DNA from: an uncultured virus (IMG/VR IMGVR_UViG_3300032087_003848)
Lineage: Duplodnaviria > Heunggongvirae > Uroviricota > Caudoviricetes
DNA: 64,000 bases
IMG/VR virus record: IMGVR_UViG_3300032087_003848
Reading direction: 5' to 3' (one strand)
In this document: positions 48,037 through 57,546 of the stretch, piece after piece
Position numbering within the stretch: the first letter of the stretch is position 1
Layout of the letters: each line of letters opens with the position of its first letter
Notes under the pieces: model-generated
The model's database searches: none
What the model was told of the DNA's origin: nothing
What the model saw: the letters and a program-made list of their open reading frames with translations, nothing else
Translations under genes and position numbers: made by a program

Positions 48037-48245
48037 CTGATGAATTTGAAATCATAGGAAGGATAGTTAGGGATGCTGAGAATGAGTGCCTAATCAAAAA
48101 GGGAGTCTATTGGAAATTAGATGTAATAGATGTTAGATGGTTCAAGAATGACAAACCAACAAATAAAGGAATAAGACTAAACAGAAAGGAAGCAGTAAAA
48201 TTGCTAAAGATTTTAAAGAGGGAATTAAATGAAGAGAGTAACTGA
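48027..48245 (+). CDS. PC4/p15-like ssDNA-binding protein
   Basis: IDVRWFKNDKPTNKGIRL. Confidence 0.75.
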   Translation, partial: DELTDEFEIIGRIVRDAENECLIKKGVYWKLDVIDVRWFKNDKPTNKGIRLNRKEAVKLLKILKRELNEESN

Positions 48246-48495
48246 AACTCAAGGCAGAAATGCATTAAAAGCCGCAAATAAAGACAGACAATATTCACAA
48301 GGAACAACGGAAAAGTTTGCCGTATTATCTTCTGATATTGTTGATTTATTTGCTAAGTATGTTGAAAGTAAAATGGAAATGCCGCCAAATAGCGGAAGAG
48401 GTTGCAGAATGACAAAGCAACACGTTGAATTACACTTCGGAACATTTTATAGAAAGATTAGAGAATTTATGGATGGTGAAAATAATGAGCAATAA
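48229..48495 (+). CDS. Possible divergent histone-fold protein
   Basis: Helix-loop(RQYS)-long helix-RMTKQHV pattern. Confidence 0.45.
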   Translation: MKRVTETQGRNALKAANKDRQYSQGTTEKFAVLSSDIVDLFAKYVESKMEMPPNSGRGCRMTKQHVELHFGTFYRKIREFMDGENNEQ

Positions 48496-48865
48496 ATTGT
48501 TTTTGATTACAACTAACAATAAGAGATTTGAAGAGTGGGTTAAACAGAATAGAATTAAACTCATGAAGATGAAAAACAAAGCAGCACTTGACCATTTTAA
48601 TCAAGGTTATAGTGACGTTAGAACAGGAAATTATCTAGCAAGAGCATCATATGTTTGCTATTGGGAAATCTTTTCCAATGGAAGTCTTGCTAAGATTTCT
48701 CCTGCCATGACTCAAGCAACCTTAATTCATATGATGCACAGGTTTATTGAAATGGAAAAATATGAGGAAGTTGATGTAATTAATCAAATGATGATTAATT
48801 TCCTAAGACTTCTAGGTTCTCTTGATTCACCTAAAAAGGAAGGTGAACCGAGTGAACAAGAATGA
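48485..48865 (+). CDS. hypothetical protein
   Basis: GGTGA RBS. Confidence 0.6.
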   Translation: MSNKLFLITTNNKRFEEWVKQNRIKLMKMKNKAALDHFNQGYSDVRTGNYLARASYVCYWEIFSNGSLAKISPAMTQATLIHMMHRFIEMEKYEEVDVINQMMINFLRLLGSLDSPKKEGEPSEQE

Positions 48866-48981
48866 ATGGGTATCTTTAGCCAACATGATGTGGGCTTTTA
48901 GTGAAACCAATGACGGAAAAATGAGCAAATTAATTAAAGAATTAATATTAAAAATAAATGAAAATATGGAAGTGATTTTAG

Positions 48982-50523
48982 ATGACATGGGAGAACATGA
49001 GTAGGTTGTTAGAGGCTAGTGATAGAACAACACCAACAGAACAAATTAAACAAATTAATAGAGCATTGACAGTATCATTTACTGATACTAATGATAAGAT
49101 AAGTTTGCTTAGAATACTAGCACAAGATTATCCAACCAATAATATTGGTGTGTCTAAAGCGATTAAGTGGATGGCTAGTATCTTTGATTTATTCAACGAT
49201 GAAATGAAATCAGAATATGAGACTTTCAATGACTTAGGTGATGCAGTGTATCATCTTCAATCTAGTGCTGAGAAAACAAACGATTATTCTCTTACATCTA
49301 TCGTTAGACTATTAACTTTAGATTGCAGCAAAATTGACTCTGTTCAGAAGAAGTTAATTGCTGAATGTGTATTATCTATGTCTTCACAGGCTAGAAAGTG
49401 GTTTATTCGCTATTGGTTAAGAACACCTAGAAATGGAATTAATGAAGGAGTTGTTGCTAAAATTATAGCAAAACACTACGGTAAAAAGATAGGTGAAGTC
49501 AAGAAACATCTAAATTTTAATTCAATAGAAGTAGTAGTTAATTGTTATTCAATTAATACAACACCTGCCTGTAATTTAGTGCATGGTAAGTTTGTAAAGC
49601 CGATGTTAGCCAAAGAAGTGCCTATGAATAAATGGCCCGAAAATCGCATAGTTGATTTCAAGTATGATGGTAATCGTTACCAAATACACAAAGAAAAAGA
49701 AAGCGTGATTATTTTTAACCGCAAAGGAAATATTGTTACTGAGCAATTTTCTGATGTAGTTGAAAGCGTTAGAAATTATGAAATAGAATCATGTATTCTA
49801 GATGGTGAAATATATCCAATAAACGATGATGGTTCTCCTGCTGAACATAAACTAATGGCAACTAGAGTTCATTCTAAAAACCATGCAGAAGCAAGAGAAA
49901 AGGTCAAAGTCAAGTGGGTTATTTTTGATTGCCTTAAGTTTAATCATAATACTATTATGGATTTGCCTTATTGGCAAAGAATAGATTACTTCAATCGCTT
50001 GCCCGACCAAGCACACAGAATGGATAGAAATGGAGACACATTGGCATTTTACAATCAAGCAATAAATTTAGGCTTTGAAGGAATTATTGTGAAGGATTCC
50101 AATATGTCTTATGAACCGGGTAAAAGAAGTATAGGTTGGGCTAAATACAAACCACCTAGAATAGAGTTAGACGTTGTTATTCTTTCAGCAAAATACGGTG
50201 AAGGTAAAAGAGCAAATGTATTTGGGACTTTTGAAATAGGAGTTAAGTCTGAAAATGGATATGTTTCTGTCGGTCAAGTAGGAACAGGATTTAGTGATGC
50301 TGATTTAGTATCTCTAACTAATCAACTAAGAATGAATATAGAAGAATATTCTGATGGGGTTTATCGTTTCTTACCTAGAGTGGTTTTAGAAGTATCAGCC
50401 GATTTAGTATCTAGAGATAAAGATGGAAATATTGGTCTTAGATTTCCTCGATGTAGCAGAATTCGTAGTGATAAGTTTGCTAGTGACGCTAATACATTAA
50501 ATGATGTGGAGGCATTAGAATGA
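48982..50523 (+). CDS. lig: ATP-dependent DNA ligase
   Basis: KYDGNR, LDGE, FDCL, EGIIVK, LRFPR. Confidence 0.96.
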   Translation: MTWENMSRLLEASDRTTPTEQIKQINRALTVSFTDTNDKISLLRILAQDYPTNNIGVSKAIKWMASIFDLFNDEMKSEYETFNDLGDAVYHLQSSAEKTNDYSLTSIVRLLTLDCSKIDSVQKKLIAECVLSMSSQARKWFIRYWLRTPRNGINEGVVAKIIAKHYGKKIGEVKKHLNFNSIEVVVNCYSINTTPACNLVHGKFVKPMLAKEVPMNKWPENRIVDFKYDGNRYQIHKEKESVIIFNRKGNIVTEQFSDVVESVRNYEIESCILDGEIYPINDDGSPAEHKLMATRVHSKNHAEAREKVKVKWVIFDCLKFNHNTIMDLPYWQRIDYFNRLPDQAHRMDRNGDTLAFYNQAINLGFEGIIVKDSNMSYEPGKRSIGWAKYKPPRIELDVVILSAKYGEGKRANVFGTFEIGVKSENGYVSVGQVGTGFSDADLVSLTNQLRMNIEEYSDGVYRFLPRVVLEVSADLVSRDKDGNIGLRFPRCSRIRSDKFASDANTLNDVEALE

Positions 50524-50626
50524 ATTGGGCAATACATAGAATGTATTTTTTGGCTTTAGTGGAAAAAGGATGGTCTATTAAAGAGGCATATGCCGAAGCA
50601 ATACGGTTAGCATCGGAGGCATTAAA

Positions 50627-51070
50627 ATGATTAAAGACGGTGAAATGACAATTATCAACGCTATTACTTATAGGTGTATTAAACTAGAAGATGGTTATGC
50701 ACATCTAAAAGATATTACAACGGGTAGTGGAAGACCTAAGAAAGTAAAGATAGACGAATGTCCTTATGTTAAAGATGGTAAATTAGTAGTGCCGGAAAAA
50801 AAGGTAACTCCGCCGCACAAAGGAAAGAGCATAATTAGAATTTCATCTTTAGCAAAAGAATCAACTGAACTATCAGTTAGTAAAAATGCAAAGTATTTTT
50901 TGGCTGAATGGGCAGAAACCGCTATTGCTAATCTATTAGCCAAAGCAGAAGAAAGTGCTAAATCCCTCGGACACAAACGAATCACAGAAGCCCATATATT
51001 TTGGTTAGAAACAAACGATTTCGATGCCGGATATTGGCCTTCAAATAAAGAATACATGAGGGAAAATTAA
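50627..51070 (+). CDS. N-terminal beta domain fused to histone fold
   Basis: ISSLAK..SVSKNAKYFLAE..AEESAKSLGHKRITEAHI. Confidence 0.7.
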   Translation: MIKDGEMTIINAITYRCIKLEDGYAHLKDITTGSGRPKKVKIDECPYVKDGKLVVPEKKVTPPHKGKSIIRISSLAKESTELSVSKNAKYFLAEWAETAIANLLAKAEESAKSLGHKRITEAHIFWLETNDFDAGYWPSNKEYMREN

Positions 51071-51423
51071 TGTTCAATGACCCCGAAATTCAGAGTTGGA
51101 TAGATAAACATGGTTTAGCCACAAGCATGAATTTTATTGTTTATGGTGACATGGTTCAAGAAGAAGCCGACTTGTTGGTTAAGGGAGTAATTGTTCAATC
51201 AGCAAGTAATGATTTGACTAATAATTTTGCAGTTTTTTATGACCCTATTAACGAAGAACAGGCAAGAGCATGGGACACATTTCAAGGAACGAGCCTAACC
51301 TTTGTTTTTGCAGGGACAATAAAAGACGACCAAATAATCATTGAAACTATACAAGATGGTCTTAGATTTCTAAGATACAAGTATGATTACTTAGGACATA
51401 AAATAAGTGGTAGTTATGTATAG
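51070..51423 (+). CDS. hypothetical protein
   Basis: Operon packing. Confidence 0.65.
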   Translation: MFNDPEIQSWIDKHGLATSMNFIVYGDMVQEEADLLVKGVIVQSASNDLTNNFAVFYDPINEEQARAWDTFQGTSLTFVFAGTIKDDQIIIETIQDGLRFLRYKYDYLGHKISGSYV

Positions 51424-51820
51424 TAAAGAAATACTAAAAGGAATAATAATAGGAAACGGCAGAACACTACTGAATATTTACAGAGATGATAGAAGAACCA
51501 TAGGCTATAGTGTCAAAATAGCATTTGGTTTTAGAGGCAGTAACGAATTCCTAGAAAGGATTAATCGTAGCCTATTACAACATAATATTGTGTTTACTAA
51601 ACCTACTAGCAAACAACCTTTTCCTCTAAGCACTAGAAGAAAAGAAAACCAAAGTAAAATTATTTCTTTACTAGGGGACATACCTCTTAGTAAAGATTTA
51701 GAATTACTAAAAAACCTATTAGATGTGCAAAATTCTAGCATGTCTAAATTAGAAAAATTTGAAAAAATAATAGAAATACAAGGTGAGTCAAATGGGACTA
51801 ACGAATATGAATACGAATAG
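51416..51820 (+). CDS. Degenerate LAGLIDADG-like protein
   Basis: ILKGIIIGNG helix then GYSVKIAF strand, EFLERI. Confidence 0.5.
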   Translation: MYSKEILKGIIIGNGRTLLNIYRDDRRTIGYSVKIAFGFRGSNEFLERINRSLLQHNIVFTKPTSKQPFPLSTRRKENQSKIISLLGDIPLSKDLELLKNLLDVQNSSMSKLEKFEKIIEIQGESNGTNEYEYE

Positions 51821-52655
51821 AGCGATATTACTAACAGGAAAAACAGGAACGGGTAAATCAACTAAAGCAAAAACCCTTTTCGATAGAAATTTTGGTAATG
51901 ATGTGAAAATAGTTTACGCTAATGATTTTGATTTTGATGTAGGTTCTCATCCTAAAGAAGATGGAATAATCATTGAGGATGTTCATTATAAACCACAAAC
52001 TGATAAGATTGTTTCAATACTTAGAAGTTATCAAGGACAAGTGGTTTTAACTTCAATAAATGAAAAAAGTGTTCCTAAGTCAATTAGGGATATGTGCAAA
52101 ATCAAAAGAGCAGGTTCTTTCAACCATTTAGAAAATGAAATTAAAATGATAGCACCTCATAGTGAAAGTCCTTTCTCATATGAGAGAGACACATATTCGT
52201 TAGTCTCTGATTATCTAAAGACTAAAGATAGAGATTTAGTTGCTGAGTTATTACTTTTCAATAAACCGTCTGACACTCAAATGATGTCATGGTTAATTGA
52301 AAATATGCACCCGAATAAATTATTATTTATTGATGGTGTAGTAAAAAGAAGGTGGAGTCAAAGATATTTCTATGAAATGTTAGCGTATGTCCACAACGGT
52401 GAAGGATTATTTAGAATATCCATGCCAAAAAGAGGAACCTATTCTAAGATACCTAGTTTATCTAGAAGATTAGGAGTTAAGAATCCCAAAATCCTAAAAC
52501 AACTTTGTAAAGACGAAGAGTTTAGAAATTGGGCTAAGACAAAATTGAACAACGCAGAATGCCGACTGCTACAAATTGGCGAAAAAAGAACAGGTCGTAA
52601 AAAGAAAACCGACCCGATTATAATAGAACAGAAAACAATAGGTGAATATATATGA
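51792..52655 (+). CDS. Clamp loader large-subunit-like AAA+ ATPase
   Basis: LLTGKTGTGKS, IIIEDV; near RFC small subunit. Confidence 0.7.
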   Translation: MGLTNMNTNRAILLTGKTGTGKSTKAKTLFDRNFGNDVKIVYANDFDFDVGSHPKEDGIIIEDVHYKPQTDKIVSILRSYQGQVVLTSINEKSVPKSIRDMCKIKRAGSFNHLENEIKMIAPHSESPFSYERDTYSLVSDYLKTKDRDLVAELLLFNKPSDTQMMSWLIENMHPNKLLFIDGVVKRRWSQRYFYEMLAYVHNGEGLFRISMPKRGTYSKIPSLSRRLGVKNPKILKQLCKDEEFRNWAKTKLNNAECRLLQIGEKRTGRKKKTDPIIIEQKTIGEYI

Positions 52656-52978
52656 TAAACAAAGAATACCATGTATCAAAAGCAACTATCACATACTTAG
52701 TTGATGGTGAAGAAAGAGAAGAAACAGGTCAATTGCTAATACCGACTCTGATGTTTTTATCAGAGACTTTTATTCTAGCAAAGGGCAAAAAGCAAATCGC
52801 TATCCATACTAAGAATATAATCAAACTAGAATTAGAAATGGATGACCCTACTTATTGGGTAAAAGCAGCAGATATGAGAAAGGATATTTTCTTGAGAGAA
52901 GAACATCGTGCAATAGAACAAAGACAGATGGAAGAGAACATCAAAAGAGAAAAGAACAATACAAACAATGGATGGTGA
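52652..52978 (+). CDS. hypothetical protein
   Basis: Operon packing. Confidence 0.6.
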   Translation: MINKEYHVSKATITYLVDGEEREETGQLLIPTLMFLSETFILAKGKKQIAIHTKNIIKLELEMDDPTYWVKAADMRKDIFLREEHRAIEQRQMEENIKREKNNTNNGW

Positions 52979-53255
52979 TTTTATGGGAGAACACACTGAA
53001 AGGTGTATATCTCTAATGGTTGATATTCTTTCTGAAGAAGAAGGACTTACCACCGCAGAGATTTATACTAGATTATTGGATTTAGGATATAGAAATATCC
53101 CTACACGCCGCCAAGTATCTTCATTACTATCTCATCACCCATCTAAGTTTGAAGTAATGAAAACGGGCGAAGGCAGTTATAGAAATAAAAGAATTAAATA
53201 TTGGAGGAATAAAAATGCTATGGACAGAGAAATACAGGCCGAAGAATCTGAATGA
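52968..53255 (+). CDS. Winged-helix protein
   Basis: LTTAEIY..PTRRQVSSLL..W. Confidence 0.6.
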   Translation: MDGDFMGEHTERCISLMVDILSEEEGLTTAEIYTRLLDLGYRNIPTRRQVSSLLSHHPSKFEVMKTGEGSYRNKRIKYWRNKNAMDREIQAEESE

Positions 53256-54123
53256 AATTGTAGGTCAAGAACATTTTACAATGGATGCAGAAACATGGAT
53301 TGAAGAAAGAAATATGCCAAATCTTTTGATTTACGGTAAGCCCGGTAATGGTAAAACTACCGCCGGTATTGCATTTTCAAGAACAATGTTAGCAGAAGAA
53401 TTCGATGATAACTTCTTTGAAATAAATGCATCTGATGATAGAAGACTAGAAACTGTTAGAACAACAATTAAGCAAATTGCACAAAGCGGAACAATAGGTA
53501 ATTCACCATTTAGAATTGTTTTACTTGACGAAATGGATGGTATGACTAGCGATGCTCAAAACGCATTAAAAAGAATTATGGAAAGATATTCTAATAATAT
53601 TAGATTTATTATTACCTGTAATGATAAAAACAAAATTATTTTTGCTTTACAGAGTAGGTGTGCTAACTATCATTTTAAACCATTATCTAATCAATTGATA
53701 ATGGAGGTCATCAAATCAATACTCGTTAAGGAGAAAATTACTCGCTTTGAGGATAGTGAGTTGTCTTCTTTTATATATGCGATGAATGGTGATATGAGGC
53801 GAGCAGTTACAGAATTGCAGGCAGCAAAATCAAGCAACAAAGGCCTCGCAGTGCAACTAAAAACTTCACTAGATGAATACAATAAAATATTAAATAAATT
53901 ACAGAATAAAAATAAAAATATACTCGGTGAATTACATGAATTACTTTATCAAGGCAGAACAGTCAGAGAAATCTGTGTCGGCCTTCATGATGCAATTATA
54001 TCCTCAGAAATGGATAGTATTGCTAAATTTAAGTATCTAAGAACAATAGGTGAGAGTGAATGGCGTTCCAATACAATGACCCCCAAAGTGCTATTATCAT
54101 GGATGGTGGGACAATTACTTTAG
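53215..54123 (+). CDS. rfcS: Replication factor C small subunit
   Basis: WTEKYRP, GKPGNGKT, EINASD, LDEMD, LQSRC, GDMRRA. Confidence 0.96.
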   Translation: MLWTEKYRPKNLNEIVGQEHFTMDAETWIEERNMPNLLIYGKPGNGKTTAGIAFSRTMLAEEFDDNFFEINASDDRRLETVRTTIKQIAQSGTIGNSPFRIVLLDEMDGMTSDAQNALKRIMERYSNNIRFIITCNDKNKIIFALQSRCANYHFKPLSNQLIMEVIKSILVKEKITRFEDSELSSFIYAMNGDMRRAVTELQAAKSSNKGLAVQLKTSLDEYNKILNKLQNKNKNILGELHELLYQGRTVREICVGLHDAIISSEMDSIAKFKYLRTIGESEWRSNTMTPKVLLSWMVGQLL

Positions 54124-54154
54124 GAAAAAACAATGAAAAAAGAGGCGAAAAAAT

Positions 54155-55363
54155 ATGAATGAAAACGTAAGAGCAGAAATTGAAAAAAGCGCACAATACA
54201 TTAGTATGAGCGTTGAAGAAGCGATAGCGAAGTTTGAGGAAATTTGTTCCGCAAACGGACTTGAAACCAACAACCCTGCATCAATCGGTGTATGGAGAAA
54301 CTATGTAGCAAATGCTAGAAGACAAAACGAAAGTGGAGAAAAGAAAGATGACTCTCTTTTCAAGGCGGCTTTTGGATTCTTTGTTTCCCTAGATGCACCT
54401 AGAGATATGATGGCTTGGAACAGAAACAAGGCAAAAGAAGAATTTTTGCGTGATGAAGATAATGCACTTGAAAAGGGTATTGTTGCAGTAGCAACAGAAA
54501 ATGCTCTAGGAAAGTTTGTTATCTCTCGTTATCACAAGAATGAATATCAAGAAGTTACTGTTAATACACTACCGGAAGGAGCAGAAATTATGGAAGATGG
54601 AAGAATTTACATTCCTCTAGATAATACTGCTACTTACATGAATGGTGGAACTAATGCTAACTACGGTAAACCTCTTCCTGCACAACAAATGAGAAGAAGT
54701 GGTGTATTCTTTGGTTCTGTAAATAACGGAGAAATGCGACCCTATTATTTCTCATACAAGAATCAAGGTGGAGTTGATTTTGCTCCTAATACCTTTGAAT
54801 GGGTTCATTTCCTTTGTGTTGAAGGTTCTAATGGCACAGACATTTATGGTGCAACAGATTTGACTGTTGGCAGTCTTTCTCTAAATTCTGAGTTAGACCC
54901 GGAAAGTAATGTCTATCGCAACATGGATAACTTTAACTTTGAAGAAGCACTAAAGAATCACTTTAATGAACATATCATTATGTTGTTTGATATTGATAGA
55001 GAACATATACAAAGGCAAGCACTTCCTTCTAAGGAAAGATATGTCATTACTGAGGGAACAGTTTGTAATATGAATATGATGCCAACTAAGAATGGTAACA
55101 GAATCATTAACATTACAGACCTTAATACTGAAATGAATTATGAAGATGATTCGGGAATGGTAACTTGTTGGGTTCCCGAACATCTAACTTTAGATTTCGG
55201 TATTGGTTCAACAGTGTTTGTTGTCGGAAGAACAAGTCAAAGAACTATTGATGGAGTAGTTGAACCTGCAACTATCAATACTTCCGGTATTTACTGCTTA
55301 ATCAAACACGGTTCAGCAGTTGAAGTATCTCAACCAATTGAAGAAGACTTTGATTGGTTTTGA
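54155..55363 (+). CDS. OB-fold ssDNA-binding protein (RPA-like)
   Basis: C-terminal OB-like strands (ITEGTV..VTCW..VFVVG), acidic-aromatic tail EEDFDWF, replisome context. Confidence 0.6.
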   Translation: MNENVRAEIEKSAQYISMSVEEAIAKFEEICSANGLETNNPASIGVWRNYVANARRQNESGEKKDDSLFKAAFGFFVSLDAPRDMMAWNRNKAKEEFLRDEDNALEKGIVAVATENALGKFVISRYHKNEYQEVTVNTLPEGAEIMEDGRIYIPLDNTATYMNGGTNANYGKPLPAQQMRRSGVFFGSVNNGEMRPYYFSYKNQGGVDFAPNTFEWVHFLCVEGSNGTDIYGATDLTVGSLSLNSELDPESNVYRNMDNFNFEEALKNHFNEHIIMLFDIDREHIQRQALPSKERYVITEGTVCNMNMMPTKNGNRIINITDLNTEMNYEDDSGMVTCWVPEHLTLDFGIGSTVFVVGRTSQRTIDGVVEPATINTSGIYCLIKHGSAVEVSQPIEEDFDWF

Positions 55364-55461
55364 AACCTGACTCCACGCTTGGGGCTTTTAGTGTAAGCAT
55401 AAACTAATTGGAGAAATTGATGCTCAAAAGGGTGCAAAGCCCTTACCCTTGAGGGAATAAA

Positions 55462-55713
55462 ATGATATTACAAGAAAATAAATTTTTAATTAAAAAAGGA
55501 ACATATATTGTGGACCTTGAAAAAGTTGATTTTATTACTTGGAGAAATAATGAGAAAGAAGAAGGTAAATACCTAGTTAGACTTCACATTGGCTCTAAAG
55601 AAGCAACTTACATGTGTCAAACAATAGATGACGTAAAAGACCTAATAAGAAATTGGGCAATAGCAAATGGAAAAGTAACAGAAATAGATAATGAGGCGAT
55701 TATATGGGCTTAA
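55462..55713 (+). CDS. hypothetical protein
   Basis: GAGG RBS. Confidence 0.6.
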   Translation: MILQENKFLIKKGTYIVDLEKVDFITWRNNEKEEGKYLVRLHIGSKEATYMCQTIDDVKDLIRNWAIANGKVTEIDNEAIIWA

Positions 55714-56525
55714 CAGACAATAAGAAAACAGAAGCAGTAGGAATAGAAACAAGCAACAATGCTAGAGTTGCGGCCTTTAGAAACAAACTAAAGGCACAAA
55801 CAGATACTAGGTTAAAGAGAAATAACCGTTTAGTATGTGGTATTTGGGGAGAACCTAAAACAGTTAAGAGTGGACTAGCATTAGATTTCCCAACTAAGAA
55901 AATTTATGTCTTAGATTGGGATGATGGTTGCGAACCAACATGGAGACAAAACCATGATTGCACAGATAGAATTACACTTTGGAATCCCGAAGTTAGGAAT
56001 GCTAATGGTGAATTAGATATTCAAAAGTCTGAGCAAAATTCAGAAGATTTTGTCCTTTTTGTAAAGGAACAAATCAGTAATGGTGAAGATGTTCTCTTTG
56101 TATTTGATGGAGTGGATAAGTGGCTAGATTGTTGCACACTTCATGTAACAGGTTCTTCTAAGATTGGTAAACCACAAAAGATGAAATTTGAATGGGGTAA
56201 AAGAAATGCACCTTTCTATTCTCTTTTGATGATGTGTAAGAATTTGGATTGTGACCAAGTATATATTACTCATGCTAAAGCAGATTATGGGGCAACAGGA
56301 GAAGTAATTGGTTCTAAACCAAATTGGCATAATTGGGGAGATTATCTCCACCAAATTATCAATACTAAGAGAACCCTTAGAAAGGGCGATGTTGTTTACA
56401 AATCAACTTTAGAGAGTAGTAAATCTAATACTTCCTTAGTTGGAAAAACATGGGAAACTTTAGAGGTCGGTAAAGGCACTGTAAAGTGGAATGGTATTTC
56501 TGAATTAAGAGAGGGATTGATTTGA
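55704..56525 (+). CDS. RecA-fold/AAA_24 ATPase (Sak4-like recombinase candidate)
   Basis: GEPKTVKS, VLDWDDG, FVFDG, YITHAK. Confidence 0.7.
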   Translation: MGLTDNKKTEAVGIETSNNARVAAFRNKLKAQTDTRLKRNNRLVCGIWGEPKTVKSGLALDFPTKKIYVLDWDDGCEPTWRQNHDCTDRITLWNPEVRNANGELDIQKSEQNSEDFVLFVKEQISNGEDVLFVFDGVDKWLDCCTLHVTGSSKIGKPQKMKFEWGKRNAPFYSLLMMCKNLDCDQVYITHAKADYGATGEVIGSKPNWHNWGDYLHQIINTKRTLRKGDVVYKSTLESSKSNTSLVGKTWETLEVGKGTVKWNGISELREGLI

Positions 56526-56779
56526 AAATTGCAGATGATTTTCTAGCAATCGCTACCACTGAGCAAAAGGCTAAGGCCTTTGATTTACTACTAGAATACC
56601 ATAGACAATGTTCGGGAGAATATCTCGAAGAACCCGATATGGTTTTAATTTGGGGAACACAACATAGGGACCAAGTTTGCAGAATGACCACTTATCTAAG
56701 AGCAGTTATAGAAGACCATTGGATGATTGAAGGTGATGAATTAGTAATGTATTATGCTATTTGGGAGGAAGAAGAATGA
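56522..56779 (+). CDS. hypothetical protein
   Basis: Operon packing. Confidence 0.55.
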   Translation: MKIADDFLAIATTEQKAKAFDLLLEYHRQCSGEYLEEPDMVLIWGTQHRDQVCRMTTYLRAVIEDHWMIEGDELVMYYAIWEEEE

Positions 56780-57540
56780 TTTTTACAATAGAAACAGATT
56801 TACTAAAAGAAGCATTAACAAGTTTACAAGTAAAGGGTAAACATTTGACAAGCACCGGGTTTACTAACTCTAGTCTAGGACAGTATGTTTATTGTTCATT
56901 AGAAGATAATACTCTAACTATGTATAATGGAGATAATACCTTTATTGCTTGTCTTGTGTTAGAAGTTGAAGGAGAGAAGGATGGTTCAGTAGTAATTGAT
57001 ACTGACCTTCTTCTTCCTTATCTCCGTTCCTTTACAGGAAACATGAAGTTTAATTCCGGTGATTTTATTGTTATTTCTAATGGAAGCAGAAAGGCTTCTA
57101 TTCCATTAGTAGTTAATCATCCGAATCAAGGTGCGCTTGTTAGAATGAAGAATATGATTAATCATGTAAGTTATCAACCTCAGCCCGAAGTATTGTTTAA
57201 CTTCGGTCAAGGTAAGTTTGAAGGCGCATTTACATTACCATTGAAATCATTTACAACTGCAATTAAGAATTGTGAATTAGTAAAAAGCGGTGTCTATAAA
57301 TTAGACTTCAATGAAGGTTTGACTAACCTTTCAACTAGACTAAATGTTCAGAATAAATATGAAGAACAAATAGAACCTATGTTTGTTTTAGGAGAGCCTG
57401 CCACTATTGAATTTAGTGGCCCTCTCTATTCCTTCTTCAAAGAAGGACAATTACTAAACTTCTATGTAAAGGATGACTTTCCTTTGCTAGTAGTTTCTGA
57501 TGATAGAATTTTAGTAAAAGCACCATACGTTAACGGGTGA
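56776..57540 (+). CDS. pcna: DNA sliding clamp (PCNA-like)
   Basis: 254 aa two-domain pattern, PLLV...ILVKAP C-terminus, directly upstream of PolB. Confidence 0.75.
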   Translation: MIFTIETDLLKEALTSLQVKGKHLTSTGFTNSSLGQYVYCSLEDNTLTMYNGDNTFIACLVLEVEGEKDGSVVIDTDLLLPYLRSFTGNMKFNSGDFIVISNGSRKASIPLVVNHPNQGALVRMKNMINHVSYQPQPEVLFNFGQGKFEGAFTLPLKSFTTAIKNCELVKSGVYKLDFNEGLTNLSTRLNVQNKYEEQIEPMFVLGEPATIEFSGPLYSFFKEGQLLNFYVKDDFPLLVVSDDRILVKAPYVNG

Positions 57541-57546
57541 ATAAAT

